The notes under the pieces were generated by a model. It was not told the DNA's origin. It was given only the letters and a program-made list of their open reading frames with translations, and did not search any database. The position numbers and the translations under genes were made by a program. A stretch of 56,063 nt of DNA, counting the filler, from Catajapyx aquilonaris (lineage: Eukaryota), in the NCBI GenBank assembly GCA_000934665.2. It is 4 parts of 4 records of this genome, joined end to end, with 100 filler letters (N's around TTAATTAATTAA, not from the genome) between each part and the next. Parts side by side here need not be neighbours in the genome. Positions count along the whole stretch, not along the records: positions 1 to 13,925 come from JYFJ02007938.1; 3 more parts are not named here. The stretch is one strand, 5' to 3'. Below, one piece after another: positions 1-11,101 of the stretch; positions within the stretch are counted from its first letter, which is position 1, and the number at the start of each line of letters is the position of its first letter.

Positions 1-282
1 ATGGAGGATGGGGAAGTGTATAGCTTTGTAAAGAATGTAAGAAAAAGGGGTGCGCTGTGTAAGTATTTGTATGGTGTGGTGAAAAAGAGGAGGGATGAAA
101 TTTTGGAGAGACAGGGGGAGGAAGTGAGAGAAAATGGAATTATGTAAAAAAATGTAAATGTAGAATGTAGAATGTCGATAAATGTAAATGCAATCATGTG
201 AGGAAAGAGGAGGGTCGGCCAAGCGGCATTAGCTGCAGGCCGACGGACTAAATAAAGCACAAAACAAACAAAAAAACAAAAA
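1..282 (+). mobile_element. 3' end of a non-LTR retrotransposon (LINE-like)
   Basis: Open frame to TAA at 147, short 3' UTR with stem-loop GTCGGCC(214-220)/GGCCGAC(238-244), AATAAA at ~251 and an A-rich tail to ~282. Confidence 0.5.
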
Positions 283-689
283 TGATGACGCAGGAGGGAA
301 CGAAGATGAAACATGTGCCCTGCAGCCAGCCAACAACAAACTGGCCACGTGGACACGAATTCAGCCTCTCCCCCCCTGTCCGTCTGGGTACAGGGGGAAG
401 AAACGATGACACAGTAAGGAATGCCAATGAAACGATGGTGACGAATGGTTCAGTCAATGCGAAGTTTTCTGTCTGTCAGGTTGAGAAAATGAAGTTGTAC
501 GCAAGAGTAACAAGAAGTGATTTATTGTGACTGAAGAAACAGTAGAGTAAATCAATACTAGTACAAGATTATAGTGTTTAACAGAGTACAGTTACGAGAC
601 ACAATTATCACAGTAAAATAAGTACGGGGTTTAAACACTTACATGTAGGATCGGACTTTGCCCCATTGTTGACCCGCCCACCAACCCGC

Positions 690-1407
690 TCAAAAAATTG
701 GGGGGAAAAACAACAACGGTGTTAGATCACTACCCCTCAACCCATAAACACAATCACTGTTTCCTACCTTCCTGCTGGCGTGTAAAAACAACAATGTGCC
801 AAGTGCTCCAGACATGCTTCCTAGACCTTCCGTAAGCCCCACTAGCGCCTTAGCTGCAAAGGAAAAAATGTTGGTTGTCATACACTGTCTGTATTGAAAA
901 AATCCGTAAATAAAATACAATATTATATACCTACCTCTGTCGGCGTGCGTGGCCTTCAAATGATTAATAATTAACGCTGTTTCGTTATCATTAGGTGTTG
1001 TCTGAGACAGCTGGCCAATTTAAAAAATGCTTTTACAAACAAGCTTGACGGTAAATGCTCCTATTATTCCACACAGTACCAGGTTTGCAAGTGCAATGAG
1101 AATAATCATCACCCAGACTTGGGTAAATTAAGATGTATACTTACATGACTCCCATGCTCTCTCCCTCCGTTCTCTTTCTTACCTCCATTCTCTAATGGCT
1201 TCACGCCTTAATAATAGTGGATCTTCTCCAATCATGAGAGCCTGCAAATGTGCAGCTATACTCATGGGTCGTGGTCCCTGGGATAGATGTTCAAGTGTCA
1301 CATAATGAGAATGAGAAATTAAGATATACATACGTACTTACATTATTCCGTTCTCTTTCCTCCTCCTGGTCCTTGAGGGTCTGAAACCTGTTCCCGCGAC
1401 CTGTCAT
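690..1407 (-). pseudogene. Piwi-like gene remnant, copy A (N-terminal exons joined to a putative PIWI C-terminus by internal deletion)
   Basis: Exon 1407-1342 MTGRGNRFQTLKDQEEERERNN and exon 1277-1145 GPRPMSIAAHLQ (internal TAA) are paralogous to 3055-2760. They are followed by KPGTV, SIF*IGQ, intron 934-854, LTEGLGSM and SDLTPLLFF, collinear but weakly similar to the Piwi C-terminus (PGTV..DFFIVSQ..LTYKLCH..LSNRLYYL). Confidence 0.5.
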
Positions 1408-1744
1408 TATTTTGCAAACGCACTCCTTATCGCTTAGGACCATTATATCACATGCAGCCACACACCACGTTCTGCTAGCAATGCCTTGATGATGACCTTC
1501 AACAGACTTTGCTCACCACTTTACTTATCATAATTACTTTGGAGAGCGATAAGTCCGGCTAGAGCGATACTGAATTTTCGTGCCACCCAGAAACATTCAT
1601 CCCGAGATCCAAAATGGCTTTCGCCTTATGTCTGACTGTTCCTCCCACTTAAAGGTCATGGGTGTGTAGCCCTCATTAGAAAGGGTGGTTCCATTAATTA
1701 GTAGGGGAGCCTGGGGCAAGATGCGGTACTGAACGTTTGAACAT

Positions 1745-2222
1745 TTGATCACAATGATCTTTGACTATGACATCGGGTAGGAATGGCTCCTCACAAATGT
1801 GACAGATCGAATTGGCCACTGTGTCATATGCCGGTCTTTTTCTAAAGGCTTGTACTGTCGGTACAAAGTTTTTTACTTCACACTCCACCTGTTCCAAAAA
1901 TTTCTCGATACAATCAGGTCCGCGATATAACCAAAAGTTCGCTATTTTACCATTCTGATCTACCACTACGTATGCAACCCAGCAAGGAACATGCTTTTTC
2001 CCCTGGAAGATGCATTCGAGGTCAGCATAAATTACAAATGGTTTGTACAGCTGCTTGTGCACATTTTTGAAGATCACGAAATTTTCTTTTGGCATTGAAG
2101 TCTTCTGTGGACCAAATTCAAGACATCGAGCTTCATGATCTGAACATTCTTTGTCGAATTTGTTTTAACAGTATCGACAATAATAATTCATAGCATGATG
2201 TGAGCCACTAGTCAGCAGGCGA
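1745..2222 (-). pseudogene. Polinton/Maverick-type DNA polymerase B fragment (ExoI and start of endonuclease VII-like insert)
   Basis: YYCRYC*..KPFVIYADLEC..YRGPDCIEKFL..CHICEEPF..VKDHC; paralogous to 7620-8201, with an in-frame stop and both ends truncated. Confidence 0.9.
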
Positions 2223-2269
2223 CACGATTATTCACACAACTTGTAAATCGATACTTTATTAATGTTTTT

Positions 2270-3055
2270 ACATTGTATTTCATAGTTAAATAAAATCGTT
2301 CACCCACATCTTTGATGTTGAACATTTTCCTGTAAAGCATTTACATTAGTTACCTTGATAGAAATGATGGTTGAACAAAACTTTTGGTTGACATTAGCTT
2401 TGAATATGTTTACCTTGTGTTGAGTGGTGTTCATCTTCCAGTACACATTAGGCTGCTGGACAGCTCTCACGTATGCTCATATGTCCAAGCTGGTAGAGAA
2501 ATCCATATAATACCACTATGGTTGTATTACTCATAATGAAATTACCCTTCTTAAGAAGACCTTCTTCTGCTCGGATGATATTACATTGATTGAAACAACC
2601 GCATTTATTATAGATTGAATAGTGCGGTCTCTCTCCTCATGCTCCTCCAGGTCTCTGAGGAGTTGACTCAAACCAAACCTCCTGATGTGTGGTGGTTGCT
2701 GGAATAGTGCTTGTAGTATTAATTAATGGAAAATATTTTTAAAATTAAGATATACCTACATTCCTCCATGCTCTCTCCCTCCGTTCTCTTCCCTCTCGCG
2801 CTCTTTCATCGATCCATTCCTTATAGGCTTGTCGCCTTAGTACTAATGGATATTGCCCGTTCATAATCGCCTGCATATGAGCGGCTCTACTCATGGGTAT
2901 TGGTCCCTGATAGAAGTTCATGTGTCATATAATGTGAAAATTGAGATATACATACTTACATTATGCTCAACCCATTCTCTCTCCTCTTGTTCTCTCAGTT
3001 CTTGCTCTCTGAGGTGTTGCGCCAATACCCTCCCTCTGTCTCCACGACCTGTCAT
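2270..3055 (-). pseudogene. Piwi-like gene remnant, copy B (N-terminal exons plus degenerate N domain)
   Basis: Exons 3055-2960 (MTGRGDRGRVLAQHL..), 2906-2760 and 2698 onward, with GT-AG introns of 53 and 61 bp. Then frameshifted KKVFL.GNF, MDFSTSLDI*AYVRAVQQ, QHKVNIF, ISIKVTN and MLYRKMFNIKDVGERFY, in the motif order of the Piwi N domain. Confidence 0.6.
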
Positions 3056-3604
3056 TTTTCAAACCTACTCCCTCCAGTCACACACACAAATTCTGCTAGA
3101 AATGCCTTCACCTTAACAACTTTACAGCTTTCGCCACTTGTTATAATTACTTTCATAATTTCATGCGACCTACTTATTAAGCTTCACTTTTGACCTTCAC
3201 CAAACTTTGCAGTGTTGTTATTCCACTATACAATCTTTTTGGTATTTTTTTACTGATTTAACAAATTCATGATAAGCTATCAATGAAATATGTAAGACTT
3301 GGCTTGCATCTTTTCATTATTCAGCAAAATATTATCTCATATCTGTCTTCATCATTCTCACATGTAGCACAAATTAGCTGTCCGCACTTAAGAACCTGTA
3401 CTTTATTTTTAAAATATTTACAGGTTATGGTAAATGGTATTGATGGATTTACATAGTTGATTTAGTTTCTCACCTGCTCTTCCTACAGTCTCAAAAACAT
3501 TCTAGATCTAAAACTTCATGAGCTCATAATGGGTGCTTTTTTAAGAACCATTAGGTCTAATTAACACATCCAGCTCACTGGGCACATTGCCAGAGTTTTT
3601 GCAT
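3052..3604 (-). pseudogene. Degenerate RING-finger-like gene
   Basis: TATAAAAAAG at 3655-3646 and ATG at 3604; TCKYFKNKVQVLKCGQLICATCE..IIFC* (3425-3321) fits a decayed C3HC4 RING; multiple stops. Confidence 0.45.
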
Positions 3605-3887
3605 TGTCAATAATGACTTCCAAACCACCCATTGGACATCGTCATCTTTTTTATAGTTCCGCCCATTTCAGAAGTCCCGCTTGAGACGAGCAATTGTGAT
3701 TCTATTGTCAGTCAACATTTGTGTGGTGTAATTATTTACGTGTACTTATAACAATCACCTATAACACCTGTGTTATATATTTCATTTTCTAGATATTGTG
3801 GATCAATACGTGACCACCTACCTCTTGACCTCATGGTTCCAACATCCACCACTAGATGATGACCATGCTCCATCTGGGCTAAGGTGA

Positions 3888-4000
3888 CTCGTCAGGAGAT
3901 ATGTACAAGTCTCCCAGCATGCCCCCCGCCAAATAGCATGCTGGAGACTGATGAACTCTCGTCAGGAGATATGTACAAGTCTCCCAGCATGCCCACCGCC
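3888..4000. repeat. 43-bp direct repeat (70-bp period) with hairpin
   Basis: CTCGTCAGGAGATATGTACAAGTCTCCCAGCATGCCC(C/A)CCGCC twice; the spacer GCATGCTGGAGACT is inverted to AGTCTCCCAGCATGC. Confidence 0.9.
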
Positions 4001-4661
4001 ACTCTGGGCTAGTCTCACTGGTCTGGGTGACCTCATGGTTCCACCGTGAGATGATGACACTTTGTCCTCTAGGTCATGTCTCGCGGGTTAATATTTCCGT
4101 TGGATAGATGTTTCCAACTGCTAGCCCATGACCTCGCCCATGACCCTCACCTATGTCATCGGGAGCAAAAATTCGCGGATTGACCACCTGATCGATCTAG
4201 TCTCTCTCTGATTGACACCTCAAGTATCTGTACCATTGATTGGTGGTAATGGATCGTACGGTCTCATTAATTAGCATGTACTTACCTTAATCTCACCTCC
4301 TGTCCACACCTGCCTGTCCACACCCTCCACCAAGTCTCATGATTGTAACACACATGTGACTTTTCCCGCCTATCGAGAGCAAAAAATCTGTCCGGTCTGC
4401 ATACAGTACTTTCTCATACCGCTAATTAGTCTCAACTCCATGGCCTAGTCCCTAGTGGATAACGGTTAATCCTATAGATTAAGAGGACCAGGGATCGAGG
4501 CCCTTTCCTCCAAGTCAATTTTATCTGAGTGGTTATTAGCGGTTACCTATGCAAAAATTGTCCGTTATACAAATTGATAACAATGGATTGGCAACCCTGG
4601 ATATGGTTCGTAATGGTTGGTTTCCGATCTCACCTGTGCACACCTGTACTTGCATATGATA

Positions 4662-4698
4662 AGGTCAAAGGTTAATGACCTTTAAAGGTCAAAGGTCA
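4662..4698. promoter_or_regulatory. Cluster of nuclear-receptor half sites (DR1)
   Basis: AGGTCA-A-AGGTTA, TGACCT and a perfect AGGTCA-A-AGGTCA within 37 bp. Confidence 0.45.
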
Positions 4699-4812
4699 AT
4701 TGTTTTAATCAGCCCTAAATCTATCTACTTACACTGCTTGAAAATGTAAACACCATTGAAATAGTCCCTTTAGGAAAGTGCCAAAAAAAGCTTTTTCTCT
4801 TAATGCACATAG

Positions 4813-5257
4813 CCGTATGCCCCAAAATCAGCATAGCAGAACTTGCACTGGGAATCACTAATGGCCATTAGTACCATGGTGTACCAGTCGCATACTTGCG
4901 TCATGTAGTTCCAGCTCTCGGTTTAGTGGGTTTTCTGTAAAGTGGATATTGTGTAATGCAATATGTACATCGTGTGGTTTTCCCTAATTTATTTATTAAA
5001 TTAATGGGAAACTCCCGACGCCTTATGGCCTCGTGTTTGCCGTCAACAGCTCCAGCACAGTGGGGGAAGTTCCACATGTGCTGGAAATCGTCAGTTTTTC
5101 CCCCCACAGATGCGCACTAGGTTGCGGCATGTATAGAGGTTGCAGCAGTCGAAAAATCACAGTGCAGGTCTCTCTTACAATGCTGCTGGCCGTTGACTTC
5201 CCGATCCTATATAAGCCGTACTGATGGTGTCATAAAGAGTCCCCAGTAGCCAGGAAT
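4813..5257 (-). mobile_element. PIF/Harbinger transposase pseudogene fragment
   Basis: FLATGDS..YRIGKSTASSIVRETC..WNFPHCAGAVDGKH..YTMVLMAISDSQCKFCYADFGAYG, with stops and frameshifts. Confidence 0.9.
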
Positions 5258-5294
5258 CTGAAAGCAATTGATCAGCTAGAGTTACTGTTGCCTT

Positions 5295-5460
5295 CGGCCT
5301 GACTACACATGACTGCATGCATACAAGTCTTCGTTTGCGTCCTCCTGCACCATGCTGTCCAGTTTTTCGATGACATACCCTACATCCCAAAATAGTAGTT
5401 GGGTTGTGATTGTTTCTTTTCCTCCACGTATAGCTTTGGAAAGTAATTCCTATGGAGTGA
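5295..5460 (-). mobile_element. Possible piggyBac transposase C-terminal cysteine-rich domain remnant
   Basis: Frameshifted LHRNYFP..EKKQSQP..CRVCHRK..RK..LYACSH resembles HFP..P.R.C.VC..RK.T.Y.C..C. Confidence 0.35.
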
Positions 5461-5555
5461 GGGTCTGCAGGGCCCCTTCCTTTCCTCTTCAGGAGTAACG
5501 CATTGTTGGGGTTTGAGTATCCGTCCATGTTTGTGATGGTGCAGGTGTTGCTGAG

Positions 5556-5797
5556 CTTCTTCACACTTTGACTTTGTAATCTCATAGTTAATGGTGCACA
5601 CGTGCATGGGCAAAGTGGTAGATTATGTCTCCATGCCTCGTCACGTATCTGTTGCAGCTGAAGTGGATGATCAGTTTTCATGAGTACGAAATGCCAGGTT
5701 AGGGCAATCAGAATGCCGGCATAAGCAGTGGTTCAGTGGTCCTTAACACTGGACCAATCCAAGCCCTTCTCTTCATAGGCTGTAATACTGGTATTTA
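5556..5797. repeat. ~240-bp duplication of 9167-9408
   Basis: Highly similar direct copy (CTTCTTCACACTTTGACTTTGTAATCTC...CAAGCCCTTCTC...ATACTGGTATT). Confidence 0.95.
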
Positions 5798-5935
5798 TTT
5801 TATCCGAAATTTGATCTACAATCTCGGTCATATCTGACTCTGGGAAAGACCACGTGAACTTCGCTGTTTAGATATGCATCTACCTTTCTGCATCGCGGCG
5901 GGCAGGTAGATCCGGGTCTTTATGGCAGCAATGGA
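5745..5935 (-). pseudogene. DNA polymerase B N-terminal fragment
   Basis: AAIKTRIY..DMTEIVDQISDKINTSITAYEEKGLDW is paralogous to AAIKTQVY..DMDEILDQILDKINSSIATYEDKGSDW of ORF 8268-8870. Confidence 0.8.
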
Positions 5936-6309
5936 TGAGACACCCCATTGAGCAAATAAAATGTTTCTTTGAGACCTATAATATGCAGATTATTTAGCTT
6001 ATTTATGTGTGGGAAGTAGGCGGAGATATTTCAGTGTGTGATTATGCTGGGAAATGAAGCGTTGTTACGAAAGTGTGTAGACAAGGTCAAATCCACCAAA
6101 GAGAGAGGGGAGGGGAGGTCCATTTTGCTGCGAATAATAGATAGTTCTCCAGAAAAAACCATTTTTATTGAAAACAACATATTTTACCGATGTTCTTCGT
6201 TGATGTCAACACCTGCGGTACGCATGTGCCAATAGGTGCTCTCCAAAGCTTTTAGAAGAGGAGGTAACATTTTATAATGGATTTCAATGCCACCCACACC
6301 GTCTGCCTT

Positions 6310-9039
6310 AAAAAAGTTTTTTTCAAAATCGTTGGCGGCGGCCTTCCTGAGACTCGAATTGAGGCTGATGTATGGTTCCAAAACAGGAGCTTGCTCGAAT
6401 TTCATAATTTTGTGGACCTTGACAATCTCGAGGCCATGCGCAACATAAAATTGAAGGTTCCTGTGGTCCGCAATGTAATTTTTCTTGTCCAATAAGGTCG
6501 TTACCAATTTTTCACTCGACTTTCCGTGTGGCATGTCCCTTTGAAATTGCGACAGGTGTTCGTCCTTGACACACATTTTCTCAGGAGCCATGGGGAAACA
6601 GTCGTGGAGGTCGTGGAGTCTTTGGGGGTAGTGGAGGTCTACCTCCAGAACGAAACCAACAGGGCTGTCGTGTGGGGTTTTCATCACCTCACCAAGTGCT
6701 TCGGTTAGCACCCATCCAAAACCACCTACCGGCACAGGTAATCCCATACAAAAACCATAGAGATTATTGCAGTCCAGGTAAAGCAGGTAAGAGACAGGTG
6801 AGGTGGGGTCGAAACCGCCCACCATGTGTGGGTTGTTAGCCACGCAGTGGCGGGCCGAAACAAATGCACAACCACCTCTCACGCCCCTCTCAAAAAACTC
6901 GTGATGATCAATGTGGGGCAGGAGACCCAGGTGTACTTTGGTCTTCTTCAGGCAGGCGTCCAAGGAGAGGGCGGGAAGGGACAGGTAGTGACAGGGGTCA
7001 AGGTCATACTCCTGCTTGCTTACCCGCCTAAACTCCTGGAACACATCTGCCAGGAGGAGAGTGTCACACATCAAATAAAAATCATGGTAGGAGCCCAAAT
7101 TTTGACACTTGGCAACCCGCCAAACCTTTTGCGCGAATGCATACTGATCGGGGGTTATTCCCTGGCCGGTCACGGAACTGAAAAAGGCGTCACGCGGGGG
7201 CAGGCACGTCTCGTCGAACTTTTGGCTGCTATCCAGAAACTCATATGGGTAGACCCCCTTCTGCCGAGCTCACTCTAGCACGGCTGGGTCGCTGATGACC
7301 TGGCGCGTGACAGGCAGGGTTGACCCGCCAGCCACCAGATTTTTGACCAGAGTGTCCAGGCTAGCGCTTAGAAAATTCAACGAGTCCGTGAAAATAATGT
7401 CGTTCAGGGTCAGGCTTATAATTTGCTCACAATTTCTCGCTATGACGTGGATCTTATCATCACGACGTCCGGCTAGTGCCCTGATGATGAAATGGCTATC
7501 ATAGCGGGTCCAATTATGAAACAGTACAGGTATTTTGTTATCTAATCTCAGACCCAGGTTGCACTTGGAGTGCGCCACACCCCTGAATTTACCTGTGACG
7601 TGACAGTGGTCATTCACTATCACGTCATCGTCAGTAAATTCCTCCTCACAGAGGTGGCACACCCACCTGATCCAACGGCATCTGCCGGGCGTTTCCTGAA
7701 GGCCTGAGTATTAGGCACAAATATTTTGACATCTCCCTCCAATTCCTCCAGAAATTTTGCGATGCAATCTGATCCTCTGTACTGCCAAAACTTCCATACT
7801 GTGCCATTCTCCTGGACAACAACATCGGAAGCCCCACAAGGAACGTGCCTTTTCCCCTGGAATATGCATTCAAGGTCGGCGTAAACAACAAAAGGTTTCA
7901 ATAATTGCCTATGTATGTTTTTGAAAGCCATGACACTCTCTCTCGGCATTGATGTACGTTGGGCAGGGAACTGACCGCAAATCTCTGCATGGCTTGTGCA
8001 CGGTTTGGTAAACCGATTTAGACAATAGCGGCAGTAATAGCACTTTGCATGGTGGGTGCCTGGAGTCAGGAGTCGTCTGAGGTCAGTTATCGTAGTGTAA
8101 TGCTGACGGCCACGCCTTTCCAACAGCAACAAGTTCACATGGGGGAGCCCTTTGAGCTGCATTGGAAATACGGTCTGATCTTCATACCCATACACCGACA
8201 CTGAAATTTAGTTCAAATTTTGGAATTTTTTTACATCCTTAATTTGGACCGGGCTTCCCGCACTTTTTCACTTGCCTACAGCCAATCTATAAATGGAAGC
8301 CCTGGAGGGGTGACTGTTTCCAGGATTGAGCCCCGCTGCCACAGAATAAAAACAGACGTTATCCGGGGCCTTCACATTCGCAATTGCATGTTTTCCATGA
8401 AGCTCCAAGGGCGTGGCCACAACATTCCCACCTTCCCACCCCTGATATGGCCCAACCCACACGTCCATCCAATTAAAATTCATTAGAGCCCAATCCGAAC
8501 CCTTATCTTCATAGGTGGCAATGCTACTATTAATTTTATCCAGAATTTGGTCGAGAATCTCATCCATATCATATTCCTGGAAGATTATGCGAACTTGGCT
8601 GAGGAAATACGCTTCTACCTCCCTGTCCAAACCTTGCATGGTGGCTACTATGTAAACCTGGGTCTTAATTGCTGCAAAGTCCCTAAATTGGAGACTCCAC
8701 AGTCCAGGTAGATCCACATGGCGCAGTACCGCTTCAGTGGTGGGCAGGGATGACAAGTCGACCGAGCGGTACTGCCGGAATTGGTTGTGAAAAGCCGCAT
8801 TTCTGATCACAAACTTCTCCTGCAAAAACACTCGCATTAGTTGGCGATTTTTTACCCCGCTCCAATACATACAGTGGTTAAGGCTGGGTGGTGAATGGCA
8901 CGATGCTCCCTGGCCATGTGCTGGAGCAGGTGTTGCTCATCCCAGAAATACATTATGCTATACCATGGGAAGCAAACACCTTGTCTAATATCACTTACCG
9001 GCTCTTATAGTCACACGTGATGCAGTTATAGCTTGGCAT
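6310..9039 (-). pseudogene. Polinton/Maverick (adintovirus)-type protein-primed DNA polymerase B, spliced, disrupted and 3'-truncated
   Basis: ATG at 9039; introns 8998-8958 and 8872-8820; N-terminal C2H2 finger; VYADLEC (ExoI), DHCHVTGKFRGVAHSKCNL (endonuclease VII-like), HNWTRYDSHF (ExoII), KGVYPY, YLMCD (ExoIII), RGG, YLDCNNLYG (motif A). Frameshifts, a stop at 7270, and a break after KNFFK in motif B. Confidence 0.95.
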
Positions 9040-9119
9040 CCTTGAATGAGTAGCTTTTTCGGACCGCTCTGGTATTCAAATGAGGGCAGTTGTGGTTGGC
9101 AGGTGAACGGCACAGAGAT

Positions 9120-9124
<5 letters not shown>

Positions 9125-9158
<34 letters not shown>
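9125..9158. repeat. (TA)n microsatellite
   Basis: Direct reading. Confidence 0.95.
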
Positions 9159-9162
<4 letters not shown>

Positions 9163-9411
9163 TTGGCTTCTTTACACTTTGGCTTTGTAATCTCGTAGTT
9201 AATGGTGCAGACGTGCATTGGCAAAGTGGTAGATTATGTCTCCATGCCTCCTCACGTATCTGTTGCATCTGAAGTGGATGATCAGTTTTCATGAGTACGA
9301 AATGCCGGGTTATGGCAATCAGAATGCCGGCATAAGCAGTGGTTCGGTGGTCCTTATCACTGGACCAATCCAAGCCCTTCTCTGCATAGGCTTCGATATA
9401 CTGGTATTAAT

Positions 9412-9715
9412 TACATCGTGGAGCGGGTCGGAGGGAGGGTGCTCTGACAGGTCATACAGTTCTTTGTGATCTAGCATGTCTTGGTACACGTCGCCCCCTG
9501 TCACGTGCAAAAGAAATGAATATGTGTCAGAAAAGCAAATCTTACACCTGTCGCCATACAGGGGTTTCAAATTATTATAGTAAAAGTGGTACATGACCCT
9601 TTTGGCGGCCTCCAATATACAGAAACCCACAGTGATCGGCTTGTCAAGGACCACATTAATCTTCTGATTAGTCACCAAACCCAATTCTTCATCCAGAATC
9701 CTTTTCCTTTTTTCC
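9412..9715 (-). pseudogene. DNA polymerase B palm fragment (motif C region)
   Basis: LDKPITVGFCILEAAKRVMYHFYY..YGDRCKICFSDTYSF..DVYQDM..DLSEHP; canonical DTDS is mutated to DTYS. Confidence 0.9.
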
Positions 9716-9774
9716 AATAGAGATTTACTCCCCAATTGCAATGTTAACCCTGACAATTGTAGGAACATCTCAAC

Positions 9775-10120
9775 GGGTTCTTCTTGTTGACAAATGAAAC
9801 TGTTTTTGTCTAGACATTGAGTGGCGGCCCATTCAAAAAGATGTTCTGAGGCCATCTTCATACAGTGCTGTTCTCCCCTTCGGTTCAACGGTTGTCTGTT
9901 CGCCCAGCCAAAGTAAGAAAAAGGGTGCTTCTGATGGTCCCATATCCAACTACCTTCATGACCCAAATCATTCCCACCGAGCCAAAAGTCTTCTTCATAG
10001 CCCTCTGGGAAAAAAATATTACCAACATGAATTGAATTAATTTCATATACTTACTTTTCAATATGTGATCCTTCAACGCTTTGTCTTCCTCCGCACTTTC
10101 AATAGTTGTCAACTTCCCCT
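9775..10120 (-). pseudogene. C-type lectin domain gene fragment (5'-truncated, spliced)
   Basis: GKLTTIESAEEDKALKDHILK, 50-bp intron 10054-10005, then FWLGGNDLGHEGSWIW..WANRQP..QHC..WAATQC..FICQ. Confidence 0.9.
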
Positions 10121-10129
10121 GTCATCACT

Positions 10130-10380
10130 TGTCTTAATTACTTGAGACTCATGCACACTCTTCTCATTTACACCATTAATTAGTCACTTTCTGTTTTAAT
10201 TTTTTTATTACCTTCCAATATATTGCCCATCAATCAAGCTGCTGGAGGGCTCTCTTGGATATTCTCAGCTCCAAGCTGATAGAGAAGTCCATAATCAAAC
10301 GTGTGTTACTCATAATGAAAGACAGTATAAGATTACCTCTACTAGATAGACCCTCTGATCAGCGCCGTATGCAGGATTTT
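10130..10380 (-). pseudogene. Piwi-like N-domain remnant, copy C
   Basis: Nucleotide paralogy to 2450-2560; QRVYLV.GN, MDFSISLELRISKRALQQ, GNILEG and KLKQKVT (cf. Piwi VDF.P..R.AL.Q..G..FDG..RLQQKVT). Confidence 0.55.
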
Positions 10381-11052
10381 TGTTCGGGGGGGGGGGGGNG
10401 GGGGGGGGGGGGTTGGTAACGTCTATCCTTCATATGGATGGATATAGGCCTATTACCCCTATGTAAATTATAAAGATGTTGAGTGAATGGAAAAATGGTA
10501 TGTGATGGCATTTTTAAATAATTTCTCGAGGATTCAGCACCAGACAACATATCGAAGTGGCCCTTTTTGGTATTTTCGAACATTTTTTCCATTTCATCAG
10601 GCCTGCAATAGTGCTGTACATATTTAAAACACAGGCATTTCATGCTTCACATGTACTGTACGACACACCCCTGGCAGTACGGATGTGCATTTACAACACA
10701 ACGGAATATGTAATGGAGGATAGCGATGAACCAGATATAACCTTAGATGCTGCCTCCATTGCTGCATACAGCTCTTCATGTTTCCGTCTCTTGGTTTCCT
10801 TTACAAGAGACATCTTCTTTTGAGGCACTGTTAACAGGGACTCAGATGCTGGGGCACCATCATCAAAATCATCTTGCTCAGAGAGAGAGAGCTGGCCTCC
10901 GTCAAATGTCTCTTAGGAGGCACAGAATGCCTCCCTCTGAGTGCCTTCTGCCTAGCCTCTTCATGAGTGTCTGCAACACTCATAAACATGATGTTACAAT
11001 CTCTGATCACCTGTAATTAGTCGGTTCACATCAGAATTTATTGTTGCCAGAA

Positions 11053-11092
<40 letters not shown>

Positions 11093-11101
11093 GAGACTCA
11101 C

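Noticed and set aside
2448..2545. An intact 4-exon, 145-aa gene using a third intron 2545-2490
   Set aside because: A GT-AG model is possible, but the supposed intron is conserved with 10280-10340 and carries Piwi N-domain-like motifs, so frameshifted coding sequence is more likely
2960..3055. Histone H4 (MTGRG start)
   Set aside because: No KGGKGLGKGG or histone fold follows; downstream motifs fit Piwi better
6184..6305. C-terminus of PolB in ORF 6184-7173
   Set aside because: Sequence after KNFFK is unrelated to motif B; it is a junction with an unidentified gene end
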